Shown here piece by piece: positions 29,237 to 39,654 of a stretch of DNA of 64,000 bases (position 1 is the stretch's first letter; the number at the start of each line of letters is the position of its first letter). The notes under the pieces are model-generated. The model did no database searches and was not told the DNA's origin. It saw only the letters and a list, made by a program, of their open reading frames with translations. The stretch lies in contig CAZSKK010000001.1 in assembly GCA_964607415.1 (NCBI GenBank), positions 132,190 to 196,189 of the forward strand, in the 5' to 3' direction. Source of the DNA: an uncultured Candidatus Saccharibacteria bacterium. GTDB taxonomy: Bacteria > Patescibacteriota > Dojkabacteria > J137. The translations under genes were made by a program, and so were the position numbers.

Positions 29237-30802
29237 ATGAAAATTTTACACACTTATCACATCCTAACCTTCGGCTGTCAGATGAACGTATCTGATTCTG
29301 AAAGATTTTCTGCATACCTTGAAGGCGTAGGGCTAACCCTGGTTGATCATTTTCAAAAAGCAGATCTGATTATTCTAAACACTTGTTCTGTTAAGCAAAA
29401 GGCAGAAAATAGAATAAATGGAGTTGTAAATAATATTAGAAATTTAACTAAAGACACAAACCCAACAATTGTTGTAACTGGTTGTATGGCTAGAAGAATC
29501 TGGGATGAAGAAAAGAATTTTTCAAACTCATCCCAAAAGAATTCAAGCAAAAGAGCGAATGAACTAAAACAATCGTTTCCACAAGTTGATATAGTTGTTG
29601 AAACTAAATACTTTTCTTCGATTGGAAGTTTACTTGGACTTAAACCTAAATTTAACGAAAACCCTGAACATTATTTGTCATTTAAGCCAAAATATAAAAG
29701 TAATTTCCAGGCATATATTCCAATTTCTACTGGCTGTAATCATTTTTGCACTTTTTGTATAGTTCCGTTTTCCAGAGGAAAGGAAATTTGCAGACCTTCC
29801 GAAGAAATTATCAGAGAAGTGTTTGATTTGGTTAAAGCTGGTTTTAAGGACATTACACTTTTAGGTCAAACTGTAAATAGATGGATAAACCCTGATTCTC
29901 AATCTGAGTTTGATTATAACGAGGCGATGACCTATATTGAGGGTTTGAATAAAGTGCACATGTCGGATTACGAATTACAAGTTTGGCATAAATTTTTCAC
30001 CGCAAAGCTTAATAATGATGAATCCGCTGAGCTTGAATTTTCTGATAATCTAACTCAACCAAAGGATTTTCTACAGTTACTTCAAGTTCTTGACCAAATT
30101 CCTGGTCAATGGTGGACAACATGGATTTCCTCACACCCAAATTATATGACCAATGAGCTTATTGAATTTGTTGGCGAGTCTGTAAAAAGTTCATTTTACT
30201 TTAACCAGGAAAACAATTTATTGGAAAATTCAAGTTCAGCGGGACACCAAAGACCATACCTACATTTTGCTCTGCAGTCTGGAAGTAATAATATGTTAAA
30301 GCGAATGAATAGAAGGCACACAATTGAAGAATTTTCACAAATTGTTCACAAAATGGATACTGAAATTCCAAGATTATCCTTATCTACAGACATCATTGTG
30401 GGTTTTATTGGCGAAACAGAAGATGATTTTAACGAAACTTTAAAAGCTGAAAGTGAGCTTAAATTCGATATGATGTATATTTCAGAATATTCGCCAAGAA
30501 AAGGAACGGCTGCTGCACGCATTAAGGATAATGTCCCAATCGAGATTAAGTCAAAAAGAAAAATAATTCTTAATGATTTACTTAAAAAAGTTGCATTTGA
30601 AAAAAATGAAAAACTTATTGGAACCAACAGACTTGTACTTATTGATGGAATTGATAAAAAAACTGGTATGTTAACTGCAAGAACTTCACACAATAAGCTA
30701 GTTAGGCTAGAAAGCAAAGATGAGTCATTAATCGGAACTTTTGCAATGTGTGAGCTTAAGAACTGTAGCGCATGGGCGTTTGAGGCGCAGCTTGTGAGTT
30801 AA
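29237..30802 (+). CDS. miaB: tRNA methylthiotransferase MiaB
   Basis: TFGCQMN..DSE, NTCSV, GCNHFCTFCIVP, QSGSN, TDIIVGF.GET, YSPR.GT.A, TRAM domain; two large insertions. Confidence 0.92.
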   Translation: MKILHTYHILTFGCQMNVSDSERFSAYLEGVGLTLVDHFQKADLIILNTCSVKQKAENRINGVVNNIRNLTKDTNPTIVVTGCMARRIWDEEKNFSNSSQKNSSKRANELKQSFPQVDIVVETKYFSSIGSLLGLKPKFNENPEHYLSFKPKYKSNFQAYIPISTGCNHFCTFCIVPFSRGKEICRPSEEIIREVFDLVKAGFKDITLLGQTVNRWINPDSQSEFDYNEAMTYIEGLNKVHMSDYELQVWHKFFTAKLNNDESAELEFSDNLTQPKDFLQLLQVLDQIPGQWWTTWISSHPNYMTNELIEFVGESVKSSFYFNQENNLLENSSSAGHQRPYLHFALQSGSNNMLKRMNRRHTIEEFSQIVHKMDTEIPRLSLSTDIIVGFIGETEDDFNETLKAESELKFDMMYISEYSPRKGTAAARIKDNVPIEIKSKRKIILNDLLKKVAFEKNEKLIGTNRLVLIDGIDKKTGMLTARTSHNKLVRLESKDESLIGTFAMCELKNCSAWAFEAQLVS

Positions 30803-30852
30803 CGAGTTACGGGTTGCGGTTTTGGGTTTGTAGCGTGTGATGTCGTTGTGTG

Positions 30853-30931
30853 TGTCACCCTGAGCTTGTCGAAGGGTGAACTGTTTACTCGATTACATTT
30901 TGTCTATCCTTCGATTTCCCTCAGGATGACA
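30853..30931. repeat. Inverted pair of REP-like elements (TGTCA..CTGAG...TCGAAG)
   Basis: Copies at 30853-30881 and 30901-30931 (inverted); relatives at 21721-21743, 34575-34602, 58724-58753 and 60128-60157. Confidence 0.85.
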
Positions 30932-30959
30932 AAATAGCAATTCATCTCAAAGACACTTA

Positions 30960-31946
30960 CTATATTTTTCTCTTCTTTGTTGGCTTAGCTTTTTTGGATC
31001 TAGCAGTTGAAGGTTTTTGAGGTGATTTTTTTATTGGTTTTTTTGTTTCTTTTTTAACTTCAGTCTTTTCTTTCTTTGTTTTCCCAAAGTTAAAATTTTT
31101 AAGCTCTTTAAAATCAAACTTAAAAACAATAATTAAACTTGATAAAGAATATATAATTCCAAGTAAAATTAAAACGCCTGTCATAATAAAATTTACACCT
31201 AATCCAAAACTTAATGCCAAAATTATCAGGGAAGAAACTTTGAGTAAGTTTATTCCAAAATTTGCAGACTGGTTAAATATTTTAGCTTCTGATGCATTAA
31301 GATCTAAAATTTCTTGCTTACTTAATTTTAAAAACCCAATAGAATATATTGTTGTTGTTAAGAATGCAACTATATAGATTACAAGAATATCGTCTTTTTT
31401 TATTTGGTATAAATTTGAAACTAACGCTAAAGTTCCAATCGTCATTGCAAGTGTTAGTAAGGTATAAGAAATCGCTTGGAATATCATAATTAGTATATTC
31501 CTGATTTTTAATCTTGAATTTAATCTGTATAGCGTAATGTATACAAAGATAGTACTAATTAGCACAAAAAAAGCCAAACTTAGTCCGACTTCTTTTGCAA
31601 GTTCTAATTGAGACAAGTCACTTCTATATTCAAAAACATTGTAAGTAGATTTAATTGAATTTTGTATAAAGCTTTCACTAATTCTGTTTTGAACTTCGTC
31701 TTTATTTAGTTTGTAAAAATAAACTTCTGATGTTCTTTTGTTTACCCTTGCAATATTATCAAGACCGCGTAAGACTTCAATTGCTTTATTGGTATCTTCA
31801 CCTGAAACCTGAACTTTTATCTGATAGTTAAACTCAGATAATTTAAGTCCTCGATTTAACCCAACTGATAAAGCACTAACCAAAAGTAGCATAAAACATG
31901 CCAAAATAATGTAGTTGTATTGTCTTATAATTTTATTGAACTTCAT
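30960..31946 (-). CDS. Highly divergent SecF-like protein
   Basis: GL.L..EF after TM1, a periplasmic domain, five further TMs; translationally coupled to the SecD-like gene. Confidence 0.5.
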   Translation of the reverse strand: MKFNKIIRQYNYIILACFMLLLVSALSVGLNRGLKLSEFNYQIKVQVSGEDTNKAIEVLRGLDNIARVNKRTSEVYFYKLNKDEVQNRISESFIQNSIKSTYNVFEYRSDLSQLELAKEVGLSLAFFVLISTIFVYITLYRLNSRLKIRNILIMIFQAISYTLLTLAMTIGTLALVSNLYQIKKDDILVIYIVAFLTTTIYSIGFLKLSKQEILDLNASEAKIFNQSANFGINLLKVSSLIILALSFGLGVNFIMTGVLILLGIIYSLSSLIIVFKFDFKELKNFNFGKTKKEKTEVKKETKKPIKKSPQKPSTARSKKAKPTKKRKI

Positions 31947-33262
31947 TTTCTCTTTAAAGTAAATTTAGGATTTAAATGATAAAAATCAATTATGAACTTA
32001 AACATTGTATTGCATAGTAAAAGTGAGCTTAAACCAAACACCAAAATTGTTCCAATGAAATCGGCAATATTGCCAGACACTGCCGAAAATCTATACATAA
32101 AAATAGAAAGAATTAGAACAAATATTGAATAGTAAGAATATTTTTTTAATTGAGATTTAAACTCGTCAAATTGTACTTTTAAAAGCTGGTCAATCAAAAC
32201 TACCATAATACAGTAAGTAACCAAAAATCCTGTTACTGACCCCATGGAAACTATGGCACCAAATATTTTTAATATGCTTATAACTAAAAGAATGTATGAG
32301 CTTAAAAGCAGCCCAAAAAATATTCCGGCTTTTAGTTTGTTTTTATAAAGAATATAAAATGCACAAAATACGGCCGATAATATAAACATAATTGCTATCA
32401 TGCTTCCTCCACTTGGGGCATAATCGGGAAGTAATATTTCAGGTTCTAAAGATTCTAAGTCTAGACTATCATCAAGAGGGTCGTTATAAAAGAAAGATGC
32501 AATGATTTTCAAAGATAAAGGTTGTTCTTTATCATCTGGAAAAATCTCTAAGGATGGTAAAGCTTTAACTTTAGTCACAATTGCTTCAGAGTTATTATTT
32601 TGAGTCGTTGGAATTAAATAAAATGAAGGAACATCGTCGACTAACATAGTAATAACACCACCTTGGCCACCTACTCCAAACGCTGAGTTCAAAATATCTT
32701 TTTTAGAACCATCAAAATTGAAACTTAAGTAATTACCATATCTAGTATCGTATTCTGTTTGAATGCTGCCAACTACATCTGAATCTTTTAAATCAATTGG
32801 TGTTGAAGTTTGCTCACCGTAAGCTTCAAATTTTATTGAACCTTGTTTTGTAAGTAAACCAACAATATTTGAAGGTTTGGTGTAATGACTTGGTATATCA
32901 AATGAAATAAGTGAGAGTTCGTCGTTATTAAGCTGTGAAATATCAATATCATATAAACCTGAAAGCTTTGCTCTATTTGAGACAATGGTTGTAATGTGTT
33001 GCAACTTATTTCTTTTTTCTTCTGTGCTTAGGTTATTATTCGCAAAATTAACTTTTGACTGAAATCTTTGCTCAGAGAAAATTCCTGAACCTCTTCTTAA
33101 AGTTCCAACTGAAGTTGACCCAACTCCAATAATCTTTGCTGTAAGCTCTGGATATTCAAGTTCTTTGTCACCGACAGACAAGGTAAATTGGGGGATAGAG
33201 AATAACCCAAGGGCAACTATAAAAAGTAAACTTATAATAAATTTTGTTGTGATAATTTTCAT
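31943..33262 (-). CDS. Highly divergent SecD-like protein
   Basis: TM1, large P1-like domain (I..R....G, G.I.F), five C-terminal TMs. Confidence 0.55.
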   Translation of the reverse strand: MKIITTKFIISLLFIVALGLFSIPQFTLSVGDKELEYPELTAKIIGVGSTSVGTLRRGSGIFSEQRFQSKVNFANNNLSTEEKRNKLQHITTIVSNRAKLSGLYDIDISQLNNDELSLISFDIPSHYTKPSNIVGLLTKQGSIKFEAYGEQTSTPIDLKDSDVVGSIQTEYDTRYGNYLSFNFDGSKKDILNSAFGVGGQGGVITMLVDDVPSFYLIPTTQNNNSEAIVTKVKALPSLEIFPDDKEQPLSLKIIASFFYNDPLDDSLDLESLEPEILLPDYAPSGGSMIAIMFILSAVFCAFYILYKNKLKAGIFFGLLLSSYILLVISILKIFGAIVSMGSVTGFLVTYCIMVVLIDQLLKVQFDEFKSQLKKYSYYSIFVLILSIFMYRFSAVSGNIADFIGTILVFGLSSLLLCNTMFKFIIDFYHLNPKFTLKRK

Positions 33263-33427
33263 GTAGAAAATAATGGTTAAAGATTACAGATTTAAGAGAA
33301 TTTTTTAATTTTTTAAAATGAACAACAATATATTACAATTAATTACCAAATATAACCAATGACCTATAACAAGTTTTCTTTGTTTTAAAAATTTCTAAAT
33401 TCAATAATCTAAAAATTATTGCTGGTC

Positions 33428-34471
33428 TTACATAGTACTTAGTCTATACTTCGTCCCTCTGCCTTTACCATCGATTTTTATTAATTTTTTTCTTACCAGG
33501 TCATTAAGATCCCTAAATGCAGTCATCGTTGAAACATCCATCATGTGACAATAATCTTCTCTTTGTATTACAGGAACGGTTTGTAAATATTTCAAAATTT
33601 TAAGTTGCCTTTTGTTTAAATCTAAAAATGGTTGTTTCTTTGCTTTTTCATCTTCAAGTAAAAATTTATTTATTTCTTCTCTTGCATCTAGCAGATCCTT
33701 CATTATTTTTCTGCTAAATACTTCCAACCAATAGGTAAGATCGTAATTCTGCCTGCTAAGTTTGTAAGCTTCTATATATTCTTCATCGTTAAGATCAAAA
33801 TTTCTGGCAATGGATACAAAGCTTTTTCCTGAAAGACCGTTTTTATATAAAAGATAATCTGTAAAGCCAACTAAAGTAATTTTATTTCCAGCTAAAAACG
33901 GACAAATTTCAATTAATCTAAATATTGCCACTCCTATACGAACAATCTCGGGCATAGTTGGAGTAACATTTTTATACCATTCAATAAGATCTGAAACCTC
34001 GTTTTCTCTTGGGGTGTCCGCTTGCATATCGCGAAGTGGTGCAAAGTTATCCCATCTTTCGTCAATTGTTTCTTGAACATTTCTAAATCTTGCATCCCAG
34101 CTTTCCCTCCAGTTTGTAACAATAAGTTTATTTATATGTAATAATGCTGCTCTATCCATTTCTCCATAGGTTGCTGCAATGTTAGATCTATTAAATTCCA
34201 AAGTATTTCTGAAATTAGTAATCATATATGCTCTTTCGTCATCAAGGCCTTCAACTTTTCTACTTATTAAGATTTTTTCTGCGTCTTTTAAAGTAAGCTC
34301 TACTCCTAAAATATGAGCAATGTGTAAAATATCCGAGGCCTTATTGTATGAATTTAATTTTTGTTTAACATTGTAAGAAAGTTCGGTTTTCTGGATAGTA
34401 GTTTTGTGGTGCTCTATTTTTATCAAATTGGAAACAAGTTTGTCTGTGTAGTTAATCTTGGGGTCGAACAT
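33428..34471 (-). CDS. Fic-fold protein with C-terminal DeoR-type HTH; degenerate Fic motif
   Basis: ICPFLAGNKIT in place of HPFxxGNGR; TAFRDLNDL....I...G.GRGT.Y HTH. Confidence 0.8.
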   Translation of the reverse strand: MFDPKINYTDKLVSNLIKIEHHKTTIQKTELSYNVKQKLNSYNKASDILHIAHILGVELTLKDAEKILISRKVEGLDDERAYMITNFRNTLEFNRSNIAATYGEMDRAALLHINKLIVTNWRESWDARFRNVQETIDERWDNFAPLRDMQADTPRENEVSDLIEWYKNVTPTMPEIVRIGVAIFRLIEICPFLAGNKITLVGFTDYLLYKNGLSGKSFVSIARNFDLNDEEYIEAYKLSRQNYDLTYWLEVFSRKIMKDLLDAREEINKFLLEDEKAKKQPFLDLNKRQLKILKYLQTVPVIQREDYCHMMDVSTMTAFRDLNDLVRKKLIKIDGKGRGTKYRLSTM

Positions 34472-34743
34472 GTGAAAAATGATATTAAAATTATATGCAG
34501 ATGTTACTATATTACCAGAGACTAGTAAATAGTAACTTGTAACTGTTAGTATGTAAACAGTGAGTATCATTTATTGTCACACTGAGCCTGTCGAAGTGTG
34601 GCAATGAGCATTGTGTAAGCTAGCATATAGCAAATAGTAATTGGTAAATAGGAAAATTAATACAGTAGCGTATAGCTTATAGCGTCATGCGGTTGTTAGA
34701 TTATTGCTTAATATTTCAACGAATTGTAAAATTGCATTGATTT

Positions 34744-34816
34744 GCTGGAATAGCTCAGTTGGTAGAGCTTCGGTATCGTAAACCGATGGCCGTGGGTTCG
34801 ATTCCCACTTCCAGCT
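34744..34816 (+). tRNA. tRNA-Thr(CGT)
   Basis: GCTGGAA...TTCCAGC-T, TAGCTCAGTTGGTAGAGC D-arm, TCGGT-AT-CGT-AA-ACCGA, GGTTCGATTCC. Confidence 0.95.
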
Positions 34817-34889
34817 TTTTATTTTTCTTCCACTTCAATTCACTTAACTTTTGTAGTAATATTTCTCCGATATTTTATCCCAACACCTT

Positions 34890-36095
34890 ATGAGCCAGGA
34901 GAACTTATTAACCCAAACTTTCGAGGACTATCTTGCACATCGTGATTTAAACCTATTCCCTACTGCAGAACTCGAACAGCTAGAAACTGTTGAAGAGTTT
35001 AAACCAGTAGTTGAAGCTGCGATTGAATATTTATACAATTTACAAAGCGGAGTTGGATTAGAACAGGAAAATTTAAATTACCTTGCGCATGCAGTCGTTT
35101 CTCATTTAACTAAACTAAATAGCGAAGGTGAACAAGCTTTAGCAGCATTTCTTTTACCATCAAACCCTCCTGCTGAAGATCTTTACGTTGATACTGAAGA
35201 TGAAGATGTCCAAAAAACTGCAATTAGCGAATGGGAGGTTGAGCATGAAGAAAGGAATAAACATATTTTGAAGCAGGTAAGAAATATTATATCTAAGGAG
35301 GGACCTGGACAAATTTTTATAATAGAAGGAAATATGTATTCTGCAAAAAGCGATGCACTTATGCGCATTGCAAAAAATCTTTTTGATACCCGAATAAATG
35401 GCTACAAATATAGTAGGGAGGATTTTCATGCGTTTGGATTTGGAGGATTTGAAGATGGTATTAAATCAAGGGTGGGAGGTCGAGGCAGAGAAAATCCTAT
35501 AAAAACAACGCAAGAAGTGGAAGAAACTAAAAGAGTTTTTCTAGACGGTTTATTGGCTGCTTTAAATGATTTGACTCCAAAACAAGGAATGATGATTTTG
35601 ATTGATGAATATAGCTTTTTATCAGGTAGTACAGATGAATCAGATCTGCTTGCAGGTAAACTTAAACGTTTTGCACAAAAAGGGGTTACAATTATTGTAG
35701 CTGGCTTAAATGCTAACTTTAAGGACGAGCAGCTACCAGTTTCTCATGCTTTCGAAGTTCACAGTAAACAAGAAAGAAATATTTTTAAAAGGTTGGAGCA
35801 ATGTGTGGCTTTCGCTGTGCACCCAAAAACTAGAAGAAGCATTCCTGCAGAAACTACAACTAGGTACGATCTCTTTTCAGGTGAACATGCATTTGCTGAT
35901 TTGATAATGCCAATAGTTATTGGCAGAGAACATAAATTTGTGAAATATGGAGCAATACCCAAAAAAGCGCATATATTTAGGCACTTAATGGATAACGATG
36001 AAAACCTTTATGGAAAGCTTGGCTTAATCAGCAATGAAGTAAGGGAAAAGGTGTTGAATGATAGAATCAAAGCAAATATTGGCGCTGAAGCTTAA
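34890..36095 (+). CDS. Divergent thymidine-kinase-like P-loop protein with about 140-aa N-terminal extension
   Basis: GNMYSAKS, IKSR.G, ILIDEYSFL, VAGL...F motifs of the TK1/Tdk fold. Confidence 0.65.
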   Translation: MSQENLLTQTFEDYLAHRDLNLFPTAELEQLETVEEFKPVVEAAIEYLYNLQSGVGLEQENLNYLAHAVVSHLTKLNSEGEQALAAFLLPSNPPAEDLYVDTEDEDVQKTAISEWEVEHEERNKHILKQVRNIISKEGPGQIFIIEGNMYSAKSDALMRIAKNLFDTRINGYKYSREDFHAFGFGGFEDGIKSRVGGRGRENPIKTTQEVEETKRVFLDGLLAALNDLTPKQGMMILIDEYSFLSGSTDESDLLAGKLKRFAQKGVTIIVAGLNANFKDEQLPVSHAFEVHSKQERNIFKRLEQCVAFAVHPKTRRSIPAETTTRYDLFSGEHAFADLIMPIVIGREHKFVKYGAIPKKAHIFRHLMDNDENLYGKLGLISNEVREKVLNDRIKANIGAEA

Positions 36096-36175
36096 CGTGC
36101 TGAAGAGCGTGAATTTTACAACTCAAGTGATCGCATAGCTTTCATCTAAGCAAATTCTGCAAGAAGGAGCCTAGG

Positions 36176-36526
36176 TTAACCTTCCAATGGATTTGTTCGT
36201 CCTCTCATTAAAAAGTTTCTGATAGGTCCAGTAATAGTCATATATATTGCACCCATAAGAGCACCATTTAGTGATATATAAATATCATCAACTTTACTTT
36301 CTAACTCTATAAGCCCGTGTTGTTGTATAAATTTATTTATTTGAGGGAACCCGATTTTATCCTCAAATTTTGATCTTAAATATGCTTTGATATCATCATC
36401 TAGATTTTCTCTAACGAGCTGATGAATATTGTTGATTCCTTCAGAAAATGCGTAAACTTTTAAAGTCTCTATCTGGTTAAAAGCATCGTCAATAATTTTT
36501 ATAGGATTAGGTTCGGTTTCTAACAT
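36176..36526 (-). CDS. Hypothetical protein
   Basis: 116-aa ORF with ATG start filling the gap between neighbours. Confidence 0.55.
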   Translation of the reverse strand: MLETEPNPIKIIDDAFNQIETLKVYAFSEGINNIHQLVRENLDDDIKAYLRSKFEDKIGFPQINKFIQQHGLIELESKVDDIYISLNGALMGAIYMTITGPIRNFLMRGRTNPLEG

Positions 36527-36582
36527 ATGAAAAATTTAATTGAAGAATTGTACCAGTTTTTGATTTAAGTATACAGTAGATT

Positions 36583-37350
36583 TTATTGAATATTTTTCAT
36601 TGGTCTAACTCTTCTTAGTCCATTATCCTCTACTTCGTACAGAAATCCTTGGTAGGCTGGATTTACTCCATTTTCATCGTAATCTAACCATTCTTGATCT
36701 TGAAGAGGTTTAGATTGGTCTTTTATTCTAATTTTCCCATATCTAACTCCGTTTTGATCACCATATTGTTCAGTTGAATTTACATATTCAAGTTCAATCA
36801 CTTTTCCTGAATCGTCTCTTTCAACTTTAGAAATCATCATTACGTGGTGAGCATTTGGCCTACTCCATTTGGACCTAATTAAATCACCTGGTTTTACATC
36901 TGAAATTTCGATTTTATCAGCGTTTAATTCGCCAGTAATAATTTCTGCGCCTAGTTTTTCTACAGGTTTAAGAATATATGCAATTCTGTAGGCAATAGAT
37001 TTATTATATATCTTCATCTTTGACCAGATTGATTTTCCAGTTTCAGCTTTGTACCAGTTATTCAAAACATGTACTACAAATCCTGAACAGTCTATTCCAA
37101 TTCCTCGTTCCATTAAAAACTTTCTGATTTCCAGTTCGTTCATGTTTTCAAACTCTACTCCTTTTACCTTTTCCCAGATTTTAGCTTCCATTTCTATTTC
37201 TTCAGGGGTACCCTTACCCATCATTGCTCTCAAATCTTTTTTTCGTTTTAAATTGATAAAATACGGGCATGCGATTTCTTTTCCATCAAGCTTTAAGTGG
37301 AAATATTGGTCGATTGTTTTTTGTGCGGTTTCTGGTAAGGTTTGAATCAT
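36583..37350 (-). CDS. NlpC/P60-like cysteine hydrolase
   Basis: GIDCSGFV, PGDLI, HHVMM. Confidence 0.75.
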   Translation of the reverse strand: MIQTLPETAQKTIDQYFHLKLDGKEIACPYFINLKRKKDLRAMMGKGTPEEIEMEAKIWEKVKGVEFENMNELEIRKFLMERGIGIDCSGFVVHVLNNWYKAETGKSIWSKMKIYNKSIAYRIAYILKPVEKLGAEIITGELNADKIEISDVKPGDLIRSKWSRPNAHHVMMISKVERDDSGKVIELEYVNSTEQYGDQNGVRYGKIRIKDQSKPLQDQEWLDYDENGVNPAYQGFLYEVEDNGLRRVRPMKNIQ

Positions 37351-37490
37351 AGTTAGCGGATACCAAATAGCTTTTAGATAAATAAGATTCTAGCCGATAT
37401 TTATAGAGCTCAGTTAATTTGTTAATAAGTACACAGTTAATTAGTATAACAACGAATTAACCGTTCATTAGTTAACCTATTTAACCCTTG

Positions 37491-38918
37491 TTATCTTATC
37501 ATATTCTCAACTGCTTTTAGTGCTTCAAGTGCCCAAGGCTTAACATTACCATTGTCAACTAAACCAAATGGAGATTGAATTCTTGCAAGCTCTTCATGTA
37601 GATTTTTAATTGTTCCGTTCGCCTGAACCAATAGTACTACACCAGCATCAGTTATATCATTTAGTAAATAGCCATCTTTTTGTTTTATAAATGGTTTATC
37701 TTTTTCTTCATCTAGATAAATTACACCATCTAAAGCATCTTCTCTTCTTTGGGTTTCAAAGTCCTTTGCGCTATTATCTCCTTGCAGTCTATAAATTCCG
37801 GACTGTGCATTTGTACTGATTTTAACATTATCTAATTTCGCTCTTAAAAAAACTTGTGCACCATCCATAAATTTAAGCTCACCTTCTGGTTTTATATCAA
37901 GTGTTATATCTAACCAGTTTGCAAGATTAATTAAAGCCTGAGGAACAATGTCGTGTTTAAGTTCTAGCTGGGTTTGCAATGGAACATTTGCTGTTTGTCT
38001 AGCGTTAATTTCTAAAACATAAATTTTCTCGTCACTTACTATGAAGTCAATTCCAAAAATACCTTTGTAGCCTTCAAATTGTATAGCTGCACCCAGTTTT
38101 TGCATTGTTTTTAAAATCTCTTTTTGAGTTTTTTTAGGAAGAATTTTTGCATGGCTCCAATCATTCCCAACCGTTGTTCCAAGGCTAGCCGCTAGCTGAG
38201 CAACTCCAGTGATTTGATATTGAGGGGCTGAAACAAATGTGCCATTGTCCGTTACGCAACCATTTATAGTATATACATCGCCTTTTACAAATTTTGTGAT
38301 TTTAACGATGTTCCCGTTAAATTTTGACTTTATATAATCAAAAGTTTCTTGGGAATCTATAATAAAAGTTCCTCCGCCTGTATGAGACTTTTCTAACTGG
38401 ATAACAAATTTGTCGTAGTCATTTTTTAAGGAACTATAATTTTCAGTAGAAAGGTTTGTTATTCTTCCTGTTGGTACAGGAATTTCAGCTTTTCTTAAAA
38501 ATTCATATTGCGAAATTTTATTTTCATATTTTTTTGAAAGTAAATAGGAAGAGTTAAATTGGATACCGTTCAATTTTTTAATTTCATTTTCGATTGGACC
38601 TGAATTTTGAAAAACTTGAGCATAAAACCCACTTTTTCCTATTATGTTGATTTCATTTTGAATTTGTTCGTTTCTAAGCAAATCAATAGTTGATTTTGAT
38701 TTAAGCTCAATGTTCTTATTATCAGTACAATAAATGTTTAGCTCTTTTTTTTCTATTTGATTTACTATGTAGTGATTCTCAACGCAAAAGATATGATAGT
38801 TCTGCAAATAATCTTCAAGCCCAATCGCTCGTTCTACCTCGCGTGAGAAGTATACTAGGGGCTTTTCTGTTAGTTTAATGTTTATCCGGTTTATTAAGTT
38901 TTCGGTTAGCTTGTTCAT
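37491..38918 (-). CDS. ATP-grasp domain protein
   Basis: ENKI, HTGGGTF, GNDW, GYKGIFGIDF, LEINAR. Confidence 0.85.
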   Translation of the reverse strand: MNKLTENLINRINIKLTEKPLVYFSREVERAIGLEDYLQNYHIFCVENHYIVNQIEKKELNIYCTDNKNIELKSKSTIDLLRNEQIQNEINIIGKSGFYAQVFQNSGPIENEIKKLNGIQFNSSYLLSKKYENKISQYEFLRKAEIPVPTGRITNLSTENYSSLKNDYDKFVIQLEKSHTGGGTFIIDSQETFDYIKSKFNGNIVKITKFVKGDVYTINGCVTDNGTFVSAPQYQITGVAQLAASLGTTVGNDWSHAKILPKKTQKEILKTMQKLGAAIQFEGYKGIFGIDFIVSDEKIYVLEINARQTANVPLQTQLELKHDIVPQALINLANWLDITLDIKPEGELKFMDGAQVFLRAKLDNVKISTNAQSGIYRLQGDNSAKDFETQRREDALDGVIYLDEEKDKPFIKQKDGYLLNDITDAGVVLLVQANGTIKNLHEELARIQSPFGLVDNGNVKPWALEALKAVENMIR

Positions 38919-39053
38919 AGATTAGCAAATAGCGTATAGCAGATAGCACATAGCACATAGCGATTAATTATTAAGAGCAGATTAAGTTAATTTGTTAATT
39001 GGTGGGCAGTTAATTAATATTAATAACGAATTAACTGTTGATTAGTTAACCAA

Positions 39054-39569
39054 TTAACCATTTTTAATTCTATAAATATAAAAATTATCAACCTTTTCGT
39101 CCTCTTTAACACCAGGGATAGTAAAAGTGTTGCTTACAATTACACTTCCAGGCTTCATTTCTGAAAATAGCTTATTTTTAAGTTTACCCATAACTGTTGG
39201 AAATAGATACATATAAACAATATCGTAATCGTTAAAATTGTGATTATAAAAGTTCTTATTAATTATTTTCCCCTTATGTCTTGAAAATATTATCTTGATT
39301 CTACTTACAATGCTATAAAAAGGGTTTATTTCTATGCCTTCAGCTGCGTAACCGTTTTTAGAAGCCCAAAGAACCATTTTTCCATCACCCGAGCCTAAAT
39401 CTATAAATTTCCCTTTTTTTGGTAAGTGCTGCTTTAAATCTGCAAATGCTTTGTTAAACTTTTTGCTTGAGGTTGGGTAATAAGGAGCACTAAAAACACC
39501 TGTCCCAACAAGATACACAAAAAATAATAACAGTAAACTTTCACAAAGTAGAACGATGTAGTAATTCAT
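39054..39569 (-). CDS. Membrane-anchored SAM methyltransferase
   Basis: APYYPT, DLGSGDG, GIEINP, YLFP, PGS.IVSN.F. Confidence 0.85.
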   Translation of the reverse strand: MNYYIVLLCESLLLLFFVYLVGTGVFSAPYYPTSSKKFNKAFADLKQHLPKKGKFIDLGSGDGKMVLWASKNGYAAEGIEINPFYSIVSRIKIIFSRHKGKIINKNFYNHNFNDYDIVYMYLFPTVMGKLKNKLFSEMKPGSVIVSNTFTIPGVKEDEKVDNFYIYRIKNG

Positions 39570-39654
39570 AGGTTACGTTTAAAAGTTATAAAGTTTTAAA
39601 GTATAAAAAAGTTGTAACGTTCTAACATTAAAACCTTTCAACGTTCCAACTGTT

